Assembly (NCBI RefSeq): GCF_006345805.1
Contig: NC_043010.1
Span: 20,274,001-20,338,000, forward strand
Direction of reading: 5' to 3'
From: Octopus sinensis
Taxonomy: Eukaryota
Length of the DNA stretch: 64,000 bases
Below are positions 25,006 through 38,467 of this stretch, in pieces. Below the pieces are notes generated by a model that was not told the origin of the DNA, made no database searches, and was given only the letters and a program-made list of their open reading frames with translations. Numbering within the stretch: the stretch's first letter is position 1; the number at the start of each line of letters is the position of its first letter. The translations under genes and the position numbers were made by a program.

Positions 25006-26313
25006 CTGGCAGAAGAACAAGCAAAAAAGGAAAGAGAATATTTAGTTTTACATGTCAACGACTGATTTTTAGTGTGTTAATCTGAATTAAACAAACGGCC
25101 AATAAATTATTTTTATTGAAATTTAGATTAGAAATTACTAAATCAAAAAGATTCAGTGTTTCTGTTTTTAAGTCTTTGGCATTCATGTTACTCAGTCAAT
25201 GTAATGTTTTTTAATTAACATTGTTTTTAATTAGTCACACATTATCATGTATCTGTGAGATTTTGATGATGACATTGTGGGGCATGTGCAGAGGCCAAAT
25301 CTGACTGGTTTGACCATAAAACAATAGACTATTTGTGATGGATATGGCTAGTGTAAATGTTAAACAGTTAAATAGTATTAACATTTCCTCAAAAAGTGTT
25401 TTTACATTGAGTGAAATTTTTTAAACAGTTTGCAAAGATATATAGAAATGGTTGCAAGAAACAAGGGCATAAAAGAAGACAAATTTTGGATCAGTAACTC
25501 ATAAGAAATTGAGATTTTGATTTTTTTGTAAAAAAACAACATTCAAGTGTGGTTGTTGCCAGTGCCGCTGGACTAGCTCCTTTGCAGGTAGCACATAAAA
25601 AACACCTTTTGAGCATGGCCATTGCCAGAACTGCCTGACTGGCCCTTGTGCTGGCGGCATGTAAAAGCACCCACTACACTCTTGAAGTGGTTGGTGTTAG
25701 GAAGGACATCCAGCTGTAGAAACATTGCCAGTCCTCAGTCAAACCGTCCAACCCATGCCAGCATGGAAAGCAGACATTAATTGACAATGATGATGACTAA
25801 GTGGTTGAAATGTGCAACTTTTAGCATCAGACAATCACGGCACTCTGTCGGCTACGACAACAAGGGTTCCAGTTGATCTGATCAGCGGAACAGCCTGCTC
25901 ATGAAATTTATGTGTAAGTGGCTGAGCACTCCACAGACATGTGTATCCTTAACGTAGTTCTCGGGGAGATTCAGTGTGACACAGAGTGTGACAAGGCTGG
26001 CCCTTTGAAATACAGATGCAATAGAAACAGAAAGAGTGAGAGAAAGTTGTGGTGAAAGAGTACAGCAGGGTTCACCACCATCCCCTGCCGGAGCCTCCTG
26101 GAGCTTTAGGTGTTTTCGCTCAATAAACACTCACAACGCCCAGTCGGGGAATTGAAACCACGATCCTATGACTGTGAGTCCACTGCCCTAACCACTGGGC
26201 CATTGCACTTCCACATCAGACAATAATAGAATCAAAGCAAAAGTAAACAATATTCACAGGTGTAGGATTAAAAATGATCCTCAAGGCAGACAGTATAATT
26301 GTAGAAGTACCAA

Positions 26314-26760
26314 CCCTTTAGCATTCAAATGGAAGGCTTATTTATTTAAACTGTTTTGAATTAATCATGCATTATCTTGTAGCTTCAAGATTTTGATGAT
26401 GTGACTGTTTATTTTTATAATGATAATGTGGGGTATGTGTAAAAGGTGGGATCTGGTCAGTTTGAACATAAAACAGGTGGGATACTTGGATATTTGGACC
26501 CTGGATATGGTTACTTTAAATGCTAAAAGGATGTGTGTGTGTAACCCTTTAGCATTCAGGTTACTCTGTCAAATGGAATGCTTATTTATTCAAACTCTTA
26601 TGAATTAATCATGCATCATCTCACAGCTTCAAAATTTTGATGATGTGATTGCTTACTTTTAGAATGACATTGTAAGGTAGGAGTGAGAGGTTGGATCTGG
26701 TCAGTTTTAATGTAAAGCAGAATATTTTAGCTGGATGTGGCTGGTTTAAACGCTAAAGGG
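26314..26760. mobile_element. Two tandem piggyBac-like MITEs; relatives at about 22870-23097 and 25180-25382
   Basis: AACCCTTTAGCATT...CGCTAAAGGGTTAA termini (CCC/GGG ends, TTAA at one end) and a shared internal body. Confidence 0.65.
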
Positions 26761-27059
26761 TTAATATAGCAATGAAGCTGTGCTGCTAGATTTTATTTAA
26801 AGGTGTTATCAGAAAGAAGGAGTTACATCCACGACTTTCACTGACCCTTGGACATTGGTGACCTTGATAAATTACAGTAAGTTAATGATCATAGGAAAAA
26901 AACATGGACAGAGAAGGTATTTCAGGGAATTGACACTTTGGTGAGGAACTGTTTGGGTTTTAGATAAGCAATAAAAAAAGGGGACAGATGTAAAATTATA
27001 TGCTGAACTGTTGAAGTTGTTAAACCTGATATACAAGGTCCAAAAGAGTGCTAATAAAC

Positions 27060-27445
27060 TGATTTCAAATTTTGGCACGAGGCCAGCAATTTCAAGGGTG
27101 GGGCTAAGTTGATTACATCAAACCCCAGTGTTCAACTGGTACTAATTTTATTGACTTAAAGGATGGAGAGCAAAGTCGACCTTGGCGGAATTTTGAACTC
27201 AGAACGTAGCGGCAGACGAAATATCTATTTCTTTACTACCCACAAGGGGCTAAACACAGAGAGGACAAACAAGGACAGACATAGGTATTAAATTGATTAC
27301 ATCGACACCAGTGCGTAACTGGTACTTATTTAATCGACCCCGAAAGGATGAAGGATAAAGTCAACCTTGGCGGAATTTGAACTCAGTCTGTAGCTGCAAA
27401 TGAAATACCGCTTAGCATTTTTCCCAGTGTGCTAATGGTTCTGCC
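27060..27445 (-). mobile_element. Two abutting SINE family C copies with different tails
   Basis: Core AAAGTCGACCTTGGCGGAATTTGAACTCAG occurs twice; the junction is near 27223. Confidence 0.75.
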
Positions 27446-28064
27446 AGCTTGCCGTTGTATAGAGTGCTATTAAATTAAGAAGTCAGAATTAGCTGGAGGA
27501 GATCTCTGGCAGCAAAGAGTAAGAAAAATGGTAGTTGATGGACACATGCAGCAAAATGTCTCAAAAGCCTGCAATCTTGGTCAAACTAAACCAGCTGTGA
27601 TTGATGATGTCTATCAAACAAAAAGGAAGAACAAAAGAATCCTAAGAATGAGTTTTTCATCAATTTAACAGTTTGTTCATGAATGAAATAATGGATTTTG
27701 TACATTGATGTAACCATCATCATCCAATGTTTGCTTTCCATGATGGTATGGGTTGATCAGTTTGATATGAGCTGGCTAGGCCAGGAGTTGTACCTGGTTC
27801 CATGGTTGTTAAAAATTCGGTTGAGAGGAACGAAAGGAAGAATTGACTTCTGAATATTATGAAAGAAAGTTAAATATGTTCAAAGAGTTCAGCAAGGAAT
27901 CTTACTAAAAGATTGAAGTTTTGACAAATGCGACAAAAAGTAAGGCAACAGCCAAGTGTCCTCTTGTAGTTTCCTTATTAAAGAAATATTTTTGTGCTTG
28001 GAAAATAAAGAAGATATGTGAGTCATGAAATAACAGCTTTTTCTTTTTTTTTGTGAGAATGATT

Positions 28065-28405
28065 TACTAACCACATGGTTCCGGGTTCAGTCCCACTGCA
28101 TAGCACCTTGGGCAAGTGTCTTCTACTATAGCCTCGGGCTGACCAAAGCCTTGTGAGTGGATTTGGTAGATGGAAACTGAAAGAAGCCTGTTGTATATAT
28201 GTGTGTGTGCGTGTGTTCATCCCCCCAACATCGCTTCACAACCAATGCTGGTATGTTTACACCCCTGTCACTTAGCGGTTTGGCAAAAGAGACTGATAAA
28301 ATAAGTACTAGGCTTACAAAGAATAAGTCCTAGGGTTGATTTGTTCGACTAAAAAGCAGTGCTCCAGCATGGCCGCAGTCAAATGACTGAAACAAGTAAA
28401 AGAAA
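28065..28405 (+). mobile_element. SINE family B; others at about 33580-34235, 36920-37325 (-), 44605-44990, 47161-47563, 50255-50800 (-), 61195-61547 (-)
   Basis: Same head, body and tail motifs as 13482-13880. Confidence 0.85.
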
Positions 28406-28724
28406 AGCATGAAACTGTGTTTGATGACAAAGGACAGTTTGTCCACATTTTGTTGGATTCCTGTCAGTGACTGGCTTTATGAATGACCGGTCGGTAACTG
28501 CCCACAAAGCTGGAAAAAGCTTGTTGCTATTGACCACAGTTGGCTTCAGACCAGCAAAGATACTAATTTTGGTGGGGTGGGCTGGGGTGAGGTGTGTGTG
28601 TGTGTGTGTGTGTATGGGAAATGCTTGCATGTAACTGTTGGCTGATGTCACCCAGAAGAATATTGTTTTGTGCAGCATTTACACACACATGTAAAAGAAT
28701 GGCCAGAGTCTAATGACTGAAGCA

Positions 28725-28985
28725 AATAAAAGATAAAAAATAAATGATAAAAATAAAAGATAAAAAATAAAATATAAAAAATAAGATAAAAAATAAAAAA
28801 AGATAAAAATTAAGATAAAAAATAGAAATAAAAGATAAAAATAAAAGATGAAAAATAAAAAATAAAAAATAAAAAATAAACGATAAAAATAAAAGATAAA
28901 AATAAAAGACAAAAAATACAAGATAAAAATACAAGATAAAAAATTAAAGATAAAAATAAAAGATAAAAAAATAAAAGATAAAGGA
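28725..28985. repeat. A-rich degenerate (AAAGATAAAAAT)n array
   Basis: Directly visible. Confidence 0.9.
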
Positions 28986-29166
28986 TGTTTTCTGATTAAC
29001 TGGGATTGATAAAGTAATTTTTATATAAATAATGTAATCCCTAAATGGTATGAACCCCACCCCAAGGGCTGCACATTCACACTCAATACACAAACATACT
29101 ATGTATACACTATAGACATGTTTATTATTGGCTGTAATAATGGGATTGATGTCACAGATTGTGAAA

Positions 29167-29244
29167 CATTGGACAAAGAGGAGCCTGTGGCACATTGGAC
29201 AAAGATGAGCCTGTGGCACATTGGACAAAGAGGACCCTGTGGAA
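29167..29244. repeat. Three 26-bp tandem units
   Basis: CATTGGACAAAGAGGAGCCTGTGGCA x3 with small variants. Confidence 0.9.
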
Positions 29245-29759
29245 GCTTGTCATATATCACTAATTTACTCAAACAACTCAGGTTTCAACTTTGCCATTTA
29301 TATCTTCAGGGGCAAGAAAGTTCAAAAAATATTAATTAAAGAGAGTGGGTAGATTTTATTTCATCTCTCCACCCATCCATCTAAGGCTAGAGCCCACAGT
29401 ACCTTCTTCCATAGGGTCCTGTCAGAAGCCTTCATCATTATGCATTACTGTTTGGGTTCCCAAGTGTGACCAACTAAAACTGAATATTATCCAATAGTCT
29501 CATTCCTGCCAACCAACAAGAAACCATTCCTACATTTCCAGCTGGTTGGCAGATTCTATCGTCGATCACAATTTGTGGCTTTGTGCTAATGTAATTCCTG
29601 CATGTACCATAATTCTCCTGTGAATTAATATCATCAAAGCTGTTCCCTTGACTGAACCCAAGAAACTAAAAGCATTTTAGCTTTTTCCAAATTCTGACAT
29701 TATCTGTTATCTGTTAATCCTGGTTGAAGTGTTGTGTTTTTTTTTCCTTTGTTGTTCAC

Positions 29760-30115
29760 AGGAAGTGGGGTTTGAACTCAAAACACACAGAACCAGAATA
29801 AGTACCACAAACCACACAGTCTAATGCTCTAACAATTTTGCCAATCCACTATCTCGGACTAGTTCCCCAAAAGATAAATGGCAAAGTTGACTTTGACAAG
29901 GATTTGAACTTTGAACTCACAGAACCAGAACAACTATCAAAAACCACTCTGCCTGATGCTCTAACAATTCTGGCAATTCTCTCCTCTGGGTGGTACTTTA
30001 TTTTTTGACCCTGAAAGAATGAAAGGTAAAGTTGACCTTGGTGGGATTTGAACCCAAAGCAAAGAGAGTTGGAACAAATACCACAAAGAGCATTCTATCC
30101 ACCTTTCTGACAACT
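29760..30115 (-). mobile_element. Three decayed tandem SINE-C-like heads
   Basis: Repeated GGATTTGAAC / AAAGTTGAC / ATGCTCTAACAATT motifs. Confidence 0.5.
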
Positions 30116-30939
30116 CCCTATTGACTGCCTTGTTTGAGTGGACAACTCTGACCTAAACGCTTGATGCTTTCTTCCTGCACGACAATACAATACAAGACGA
30201 TGCCTCCATTGTCTGCTTCTACAATTTGTCTCTTTGTATTGTTCTGGTTATATTCTTCTTTTTATGGTTTCTGAAACATTCCATTCATTTCCTGTGGTGA
30301 CAATGGTTGGCTGGATGGTTCCATGTTCAGTCCCACTATGTTGAACCTTGAACAAGTGTCTTCTACTATTACTTTGGGCCAGTAAGTGGATTTGATAGAC
30401 AGAAACTGAAAGAATATTTATAGTTTGGAGTCTTCTGTCTGTTTGCAGGACACCAGCCATGCATTCTTTTGAAAAATTAAAAGTTTCAGCCCAAAGCTTG
30501 AGACCATACTCTCACCCAGTTCCCAATACACCCCCAGCAGCCCCCCCCCCCACCATCTATATAGGTTTTGAGCTGTGCCTGACCTCTGTAAACACAAAGA
30601 TTATAAACAAACGCATGTGTTAATGCATCTCCCCCTTTCCTCTTTCTTTTTATACACATACATACATGCATACATGCATGCATGTATACATACATACATA
30701 CATACATGCATACATGCATGCATGTATACATACATACATACATGCATGCATACATGCATGCATGTATACATACATACATACATACATACATACATACATA
30801 CATACATGCATACATACATGCATGCATGTATACATACATACACACATACATACATACATACATACATACATACATACATACATTCATACATACATACATA
30901 CAATACATACATACATACATACATTCATACATACATACA

Positions 30940-31235
30940 TCATAGAGCTACCTTGCAGATATAAATATCTCATTGAAAATCAAAGAAAAAGAGGATATCT
31001 ATGGACAACTGCTTCGAAACCTCCAGCTTCTATATTCAGACTATGAATTCATATTCATAGCAATAAGAATTGGAGCACTGGGTTTTGTTAGTAAATACTT
31101 AAAGGAGAATCTTGATAAACTGGGATTTTCAGAAAGAGAAACTGACCGGCTAATTCGTATAAGCGCAATCTGTGAGTGGAACAGTAAAAATATGCAAGTC
31201 TTTTCACAAGTTCCGAACGTGAATTTGTCTGTGTT
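30940..31235 (+). mobile_element. 3' end of a restriction-like-endonuclease (R2/R4/NeSL-type) non-LTR element; second tail fragment at about 31775-31866
   Basis: ADINISLKIKEKEDIYGQLLRNLQLLY..FIAIRIGALGFV..L..LG then QSVSGTVKICK(S/T)F. This follows the EK..KY / IGALG / GT..I pattern of RLE C-termini. Confidence 0.7.
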
Positions 31236-33422
31236 AACTACATCCCAGAGATGGAGCCTCGTATCTTTGTTGGAAAGTGGTTCCCTCCTCAGTGGAACAT
31301 TTACAATAATTAAAAAATAGAAGAGACATTCATACATATGAAGAAAATTGGTGGAACATTCTCATCCGAACTTCTATCAAGTGCAAACATAAGTGTGGTA
31401 TGATCATTTGTGATAGGAAAGCCATGTAGACCCATAGAGGTTAGCTGCCCTTCAGGTGAGAACATTTCTTCCCAAATCATGAGATGGATAATATTTATGG
31501 ACAACTGGAACCACTTCTCTTGGCATTCCTCCCACACTTCCTACATCATCCCTTACCACTTTATTCTCACTGAACATTGCTTTTGCCCAACACTTTCTCA
31601 TATCTGCCACTGTGAGTCCTACCACCAATTTCGTTTTTGATTCCCTATATCCATCCCTACATGCCTCAGATCTCAATCTCTGCCATTCAAACCCCAATTC
31701 ATATCCTCATCTTATTTTTAAAAAATCTGTTTATGTTTTTTTTTTTTTTACTGTTGCTCTCTTTCAGCCCCCTTACAGAGACTGGCTAACACACACTTTG
31801 CAAATTCAATCTGTAAGTGGAACAGTAAAGATATGCAAAACTTTTCTAAAGTTTAATGTGAAATAATTATTGCTGTTGTGTTCTAAATTCCAGTGATTGA
31901 ACCAGCTCCTTCCTTATTGGAAGAGTTCCAACAAATAATGATCAAGTGTGAGGAAACACACACAGGTACATATACACCAATGGTTCCCAACTGGGGGTCC
32001 AGATGATTCTTCGGCGGGGGGTCCATATAAGATTTTGTTGTTAAAATTGATGTACAATAACTTGATTGTACTTCTAAGATACACAAAACATGCTGACAAC
32101 TTTTTAAAAATATAATTCGTTACAATATTTAATTACGAAAACATAATGGGATCTTTTAAACATTGAATGGCTCTGGGGGTCCGATAAGTAAAATAAGGAT
32201 AAAAAAGGGTGGGACATGGGTTGAAAATGGTTGAGAACTGTTTGTTTTCACACAAACACACACACACACACACAAACACACACTCATGTACAGATGTATA
32301 TATACTCCTTAAATGGTTATTCATGCTCTGTATTGAATGCAACTGTGTATGCGTGTGTGTACACAGGTGTGTGTGTTTGTATGCATAGGTGTGTGTGTCT
32401 GTGTGCACAGGTGAGTGTGTGTGTATGCGTAGGTGTGTGTGTGTCTGTGTGCACATGTGTGTGTGTGTATAGGTGTGTGTGTGTATAGGTGTATGTGTGT
32501 ATAGGTGTGTGTGTGTATAGGTGTGTGTGCATAGGTGTGTGTGTGCGTGTGTATGTGGACAGCTGTGTGTGTGTGTGCACAGGAGTGTGTATGTGCACAG
32601 CTATGTGTGTGTGTGTGCACAGGCGTGTGTATGTGCACAGCTGTGTGTGTGTGTGTGTGTGTTCACGCGAATGCATGCAATACTTTGTTTCTGGCAAGAG
32701 AGGAAGTTTAAAGGAGTCCTAACGACCTAACAATTATTTTTGGTGTGAGATATTTTCTGCCACATCATCACGATGCACAACTTAACCTTGGCACCAATTT
32801 ATTTCTATGTCCAACCTTCAAAATGTACTATTAATGCTTAGCTCAAAACATCAGAATTTCTCTTAACAACACCCACCCCCTCATTCTGCGATCTATTGCT
32901 TAATCAGTCATTAGACTGCCTGACAGCTCATATTCATCCATCGGTCATTCACTAGTTGCCTGTTAATGACCAAATTCACGCCAATTTATTCTGTGTATTT
33001 TGTATATTTCTGAGATAAGGAATTTATATTATGTATACTGGTGGCCTCATTGTTGCTTTTACTACGTTTTGGCTTTCTTCTTGTGCCATGTCTTGGACTT
33101 AGATGTTGTATCAGAATTTTGAACCTAACCCTTTATTTGGTTCTTAGGGGTACATTGTTCTCATTCCAATCTCTGCATGTCATGACATTTTGTTTTTTTA
33201 ACCCTAAGCCAAACCTTAAAAACGAAAGTACCCGGCTTAAAAAATAAGTACCGCGATCAATTTGTGTGACTAAATATTCCTCAAGGCAGTGCCCCAGCAT
33301 GGCCGCAGTCTAATGATTGAAACAAGCAAAAGCTGAAAGATTGCATCATGAAACACAGAAAGTGGAATCAGAACATTGTAGCCCCATGAATCAGATAAAT
33401 GGTCGGGTAGTTGAACATAAGA

Positions 33423-33464
33423 CACCTGAAGAGGGCTGGAACAGACAACAGCCAAAACTTAGTG
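33423..33464 (+). ncRNA. Decayed minimal hammerhead-like motif
   Basis: CAC-CTGAAGA-G-GGCTG..CAGCC-AAAA-CT-TA-GTG; GAAA and CG are altered. Confidence 0.3.
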
Positions 33465-33759
33465 AAAGTAGCAATCAAGATGAGGGTAGTAGTCTAACTA
33501 ATTCTAACTGTGTACATAAATGTATATATTGTATATATTTTGCAGATATTGTACCATATTTTCTGGCAGACAAGTATGACTGTGTGGTCAGAAGTTTGCT
33601 TCCCAACCACAAGGTTCTGGGTTCAGTTCCATTCTTTGGCACTTTGGCCAAGTGTATTTAACAATAGCCTTGGGCTGACCAAAGCTTTGTAAGTGGATTT
33701 GGTAGATGGCAACTGAAACAAGCCTGTCACTTATATATATATGTATATACGTATATATA

Positions 33760-33998
33760 TATTTCTTCATTGCCCACAAGGGGCTAAACATAGAGGGGAC
33801 AAACAAGGACAGACAAAGAGATTAAGTCGATTACATCGACCCCAGTGTGTAGCTGGTACTTTATTTATCGACTCCGAAAGAATGAAAGGCAAAGTCGACC
33901 TTGGCGGAATTTGAACTCGGCAGACGAAATGTAACGGCAGACGAAATACCGCTAAGCATTTCGCCTGGCATGCTAACATTTCTGCCAGCTTGCTGCCT
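33760..33998 (-). mobile_element. SINE family C (Tx1-like tail); others at 36475-36690 (+, alternative tail) and 59877-60105 (+)
   Basis: Same head and core as 2877-3100. Confidence 0.85.
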
Positions 33999-34464
33999 TA
34001 ATATATGTATGTGTGTGTGTGTGTGTGTGAGTTTGTCCCCCACCAGTGCTTGACAACTGGTGCTGGTGTGTCTATGAACCTGTAACATAGTGGTTCAGCA
34101 AAAGAGATCGATTGAATAAGTACCCGGCTTAAAAAATAACAAGTACCGGGATCAATTCGTGTGACTAAATATTCCTCAAAGTAGTGCCCCAGCATGGCCG
34201 CAGTCTAACGATTGAAACAAGTAAAAGATGAAAGATTGCGTCATATTTTCTGGAATACAAGTAGAGTTTTTCAAACCAAAATTTTCAGCTGAAAATGGTG
34301 GGATGACTTATGCTCCAAGACAACTTTGGAGGACCAAAAATTCTATGTGAAATACAGCAGGATCTGGAAGGATGTCGATGATATTTGAATGTTTACATTA
34401 CTTCTTCACACTGTATACTACATCGACTTCTATACCAAAAAATACAGTATACATAGCATTTATT

Positions 34465-34516
<52 letters not shown>

Positions 34517-34625
34517 GTGTGTGTGTGTATATATATCAAAGGGAAATGGAAATTAATAGAAATTTTCATTTCCAGTGGCCTAGCGTGTAAAAGTTTAGTC
34601 CAAAGACTATGAATTAGTCATAAAA

Positions 34626-34887
34626 TACAGTGTACATTTAAACACATAAGGAATCCAATCGTGGGATTCAACATACTAGGAAGAACAGCTAAGTTCTATA
34701 ACCACAAAATTAGGGATAAAATTCGACAGGAACGAAATGAAAATAAAAACATTTCATGGTAAAATGTTTTTATTTTTTCATTTCTTTCTTGTCGAATTTT
34801 ATCCCTAATTTTGTGGTTATAGAACCTAGCTGTTCTTTCTAGCGTGTTGAATCCCATGAGTGGATTCCTTATGTGCTTAAATGTACA

Positions 34888-34892
<5 letters not shown>
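34626..34892. mobile_element. Fully palindromic Tc1-like MITE
   Basis: TACAGTGTACATTT...AAATGTACACTGTA; about 130-bp arms around an about 6-nt loop; TA ends. Confidence 0.85.
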
Positions 34893-34966
<74 letters not shown>

Positions 34967-34969
34967 ATA

Positions 34970-36472
34970 TACAGGGTGTTCAAAAAGTCTCTCTGCAGTG
35001 AAATTTTTGAAGACACCATCAGCACTGAGAGATATTGCTCAAATATCGTCTCTCCATTTGTGGGCCAACTCACTGAAAGTGAAAGTAATAACGCATACTT
35101 TCAGCGCGATGAAGCTACAGCACATACTTTGCGTTACTTTGAGAGTTTTTCGGTGAACGGATTATTTTGAAGGGACTTTGGCCACTAAGATCACCTAATT
35201 TAACACCACCAGACTTTTTTTTTCTGGGGAGCAAGTAAAGGATCAGTGTACAAGAATCGCCTTAAAACCATTAAGGAGTCAAAAGATGCAATCATAACCT
35301 TCACATGGTCCATACTGTGTCAGAATCTCAAAGAGATGTATTTCAAAACACGTGTAGAAGAGTCAACTTATGTATTGAAAAGGAAGGACGACACTTTCAA
35401 CACCTCTTATAAAGTTTTTTTAAAGTCTTGTAAAGTCTAATATATTCTTTTGTAGTATTATACCATCTTCATCCTCCTCCTCCTCCTGATCATCATCATC
35501 GTTTAACGTCCGTTTTCCATGCTAGCATGGGTTGGATGGTTCGACCGGTGTCTGGGAAGCCAGGAGGCTGCACCGGGCTCCAGTCTGATCTGGCAGTGTT
35601 TCTACAGCTGGATGCCCTTCCTAACACCAACCACTCCGTGAGTGTAATGGGTGCTTTTTACGTGCCACCGGCATAGGTGCCAGGGGAGGCTGGCAGTGGC
35701 CATGATTGGTTGGTGCTTTTTATGTGCCACCAGCACAGGTATCACAACTACAATTACCATTTGATATTTATTTTGATGTTGATGTACTTGACTTAATAGG
35801 TCTCCTCAAGCACAGGAGGTCGTTCTGCAATCCAAAGTACTTTGGATGGGCTGGGGCTATGCGAAACTGGTGCAGGAAACAGCCATGAACTTACATTATT
35901 TGTTGGGTCTTTGCAGTCACAGCATATCTCCAGAGATCTCGGTCTTTCGTTATTGCCTCTGTGAGGCCCAAAGTTCGAAGGTGAAGCTTGACTACCTCTT
36001 CCCATGTCTTCTTGGGTCTACCTCTCCCCCTGGGTACTGTTTGGGAGTAGCACTTCTTCACACATCTCTTCTCATCCATCCAAAGTACATGACCATACCA
36101 GCGCAAACCACATCCTCTTGCACACCACATCCGATGTTTCTTATGTCCAGCATTTCTCTCAGGGTGCTTACACTCTGTCGTGAGTGCACACTAACATTAC
36201 ACATCTAGTGGATCATGTTAGCTTCATTTCTTTCAAGCCTATGCATGTCTTCTGCAATCACAGCCCATGCTTCACTACCGTGAAGCATGGCAGTTCGCAC
36301 ACATGCATCATACAATCTACCTTTCACTCTGAGTGAGAGACCCTTTGTCACCAGCAGGGGTAAAAGCTTTCGAAACTTTGCCCAGGCTATTCGCATTCTA
36401 GTGGTACTTGGTCATAGATATTTATTTTGCAATAAAATACTTACTGAAGGGAGACTTTTTGGACACCCTGTA
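34970..36472 (+). mobile_element. Tc1/mariner element with both TIRs and a decayed transposase, carrying a nested RTE LINE
   Basis: TACAGGGTGTTCAAAAAGTCTC and GAGACTTTTTGGACACCCTGTA (1 mismatch). Relic YFQRDEATAHT..GLWPLRSPNLTPPDFF at about 35040-35410. Confidence 0.85.
35480..36412 (-). mobile_element. 5'-truncated RTE LINE (ORF2 C-terminus plus 3' UTR)
   Basis: RIAWAKFRKLLPLL..KGRLYDACVRTAMLHGSEAW..WYGHV..RGRGRPKKTW; (CAT)n tail. Confidence 0.9.
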
Positions 36473-37559
36473 TTATAAGGTGGCAAGCTGGCAGAATTGT
36501 TAGTACGCCAGACGAAATGCTTAGCGGTATTTCACCTGTTGCAATGTTGTGAGTTCAAATTCTGCCGAGGTTGATTTTACCTTTCATCCTTTTGGAGTCG
36601 ATAAATTAAGTACCAGTAAAACACTGGGGCCGATGTAATCGATTACCCCCTCCCCCAAATTTCAGGCCTTGTGCCTATAAGTAGAAAGTATATATTATAT
36701 ATACTGTCTGTATTGCATATATTTTGTTCAAAAATTTCAATCAACTGATCTCATGGAAGTTATCTCCCTTGCTGGCTAGTTTTAGATATCAACTCTCGCT
36801 TCCATCAGAGTAAGTTTGCTAATTACTTAGATTATCTCAGGTGATCAAAGTTTTTTTCAACTCCTTTTCTATGTGGAGCTAAAACTGTTGACCTTAATTT
36901 TGTTGTTTTACAATCGTCTCTCTGTTTCAGTCATTGGATTGTGGCCATGCTGGGGCACCACCTTGAAAAATTTTTTAGTTGCATGAATCGATCCCAGTAC
37001 TTATTCTCTCTTTTTGCTGAACTGCTAAGTTATGGGAATGTAAACAAACCAATACCAGTTGTTAAGTGGTGTGGTGGGACAAACAAAGACACAAAGACAT
37101 GCACACACACACACACATATATGCATACATGTGTGTGCGTGTGTGTGTACGTATGTGTGTATATATATGATGGGCTTTTTTCAGTTTCTGTCTACCAAAT
37201 CCACTTACAAGGCTTTGACTGGCCAAAAGTTATAGCAGAAGACACTTGTCCAAGGTGCCACATAATATGACTGAACCTAGAGACATGAGTTTGCGAAGCA
37301 AACTTCTTATCACACAGCCATGCCTATGCCTACAATGATAAATGTAACAATATCTAATAGAGTACAAACCACTTACATTAGAGTACCAAAGTATAGTCAG
37401 ACACCCTTCCTGTTGCCAACCTCCACCTATTTCCAAGCAAGTAACATGTAACCCCATGGGTAGACATGATTTTCATGGAAGACTGGAAATGAACAAACTC
37501 ATGTGTGGATGATAGGGAGTCATTGCATGATGTCAAGACACACACACACACACATCCTC

Positions 37560-37815
37560 GAAGCCCTTTTTCTGTCTACTTTGTGTCTGCTTGCCTTCCA
37601 CTAGTTTGCTGTAAAACAGTCTCTTGGGGAGTCGCGCATCAGGCATTCAGATAAGGTGGCCTGCCCACCTGATTTGCACTCACCTGAACAGTGTGTAAAT
37701 GTTTGGCAGATCATCTCGAGGGAGGACCTCCATATCTGGGACCTTGTCTTGCCAGGTGATTTTCAGCAGCTTTCTCAAGCCTTTTAGCCTTCTGATGTGG
37801 TATCTGTAAACCATG
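37560..37815 (-). mobile_element. RTE-BovB-like ORF2 relic
   Basis: LRKLLKITWQDKVPDMEVL..LPNIYTL..QIRWAGHL..MPDARLPKRLFY. Confidence 0.8.
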
Positions 37816-38353
37816 CACACACATTCATACACAAACACACGTGATGAGCTTCTTTCAGTTTCCATCCATCAAATTTCTTCACCAGACTTTCCATACTATT
37901 AAATATCTTAGTTTCATTTTATCATTTATGTTTTATATTTTATTTTATTATTTTATTTTATTATTTATGTTTATTATATTTTTCATAGTGATTATACAGC
38001 ATAATCTCATTTAATCCTTATGCGACTGTGATTTACTCTTGATCAAATTTATTTTTGCTGACTCTGTTTTAAATGTCATTGTACTCCAGCCGAAAGATAT
38101 TTGTGATTCCAAGCAAACATTTGCTTTTAACCCTTTGAATGTGGAAAGTGGATACATCCACTCAAAATTTTATAACCATTTGCTGCGGAAAGCAGTTTTA
38201 TTCCACAGCTTCAAAAAATCCTTTGCTGCGAGAAGCAGAGAGACTCCCTGTGGCCCTTTTTATAAAAGACAATTGTTTTCAGATTTTCTTAATTTCTTTT
38301 CACATATTTCATCAATTATCTCTTTATAGAGATAGATAGATAGTTAGATAGAA

Positions 38354-38467
<114 letters not shown>

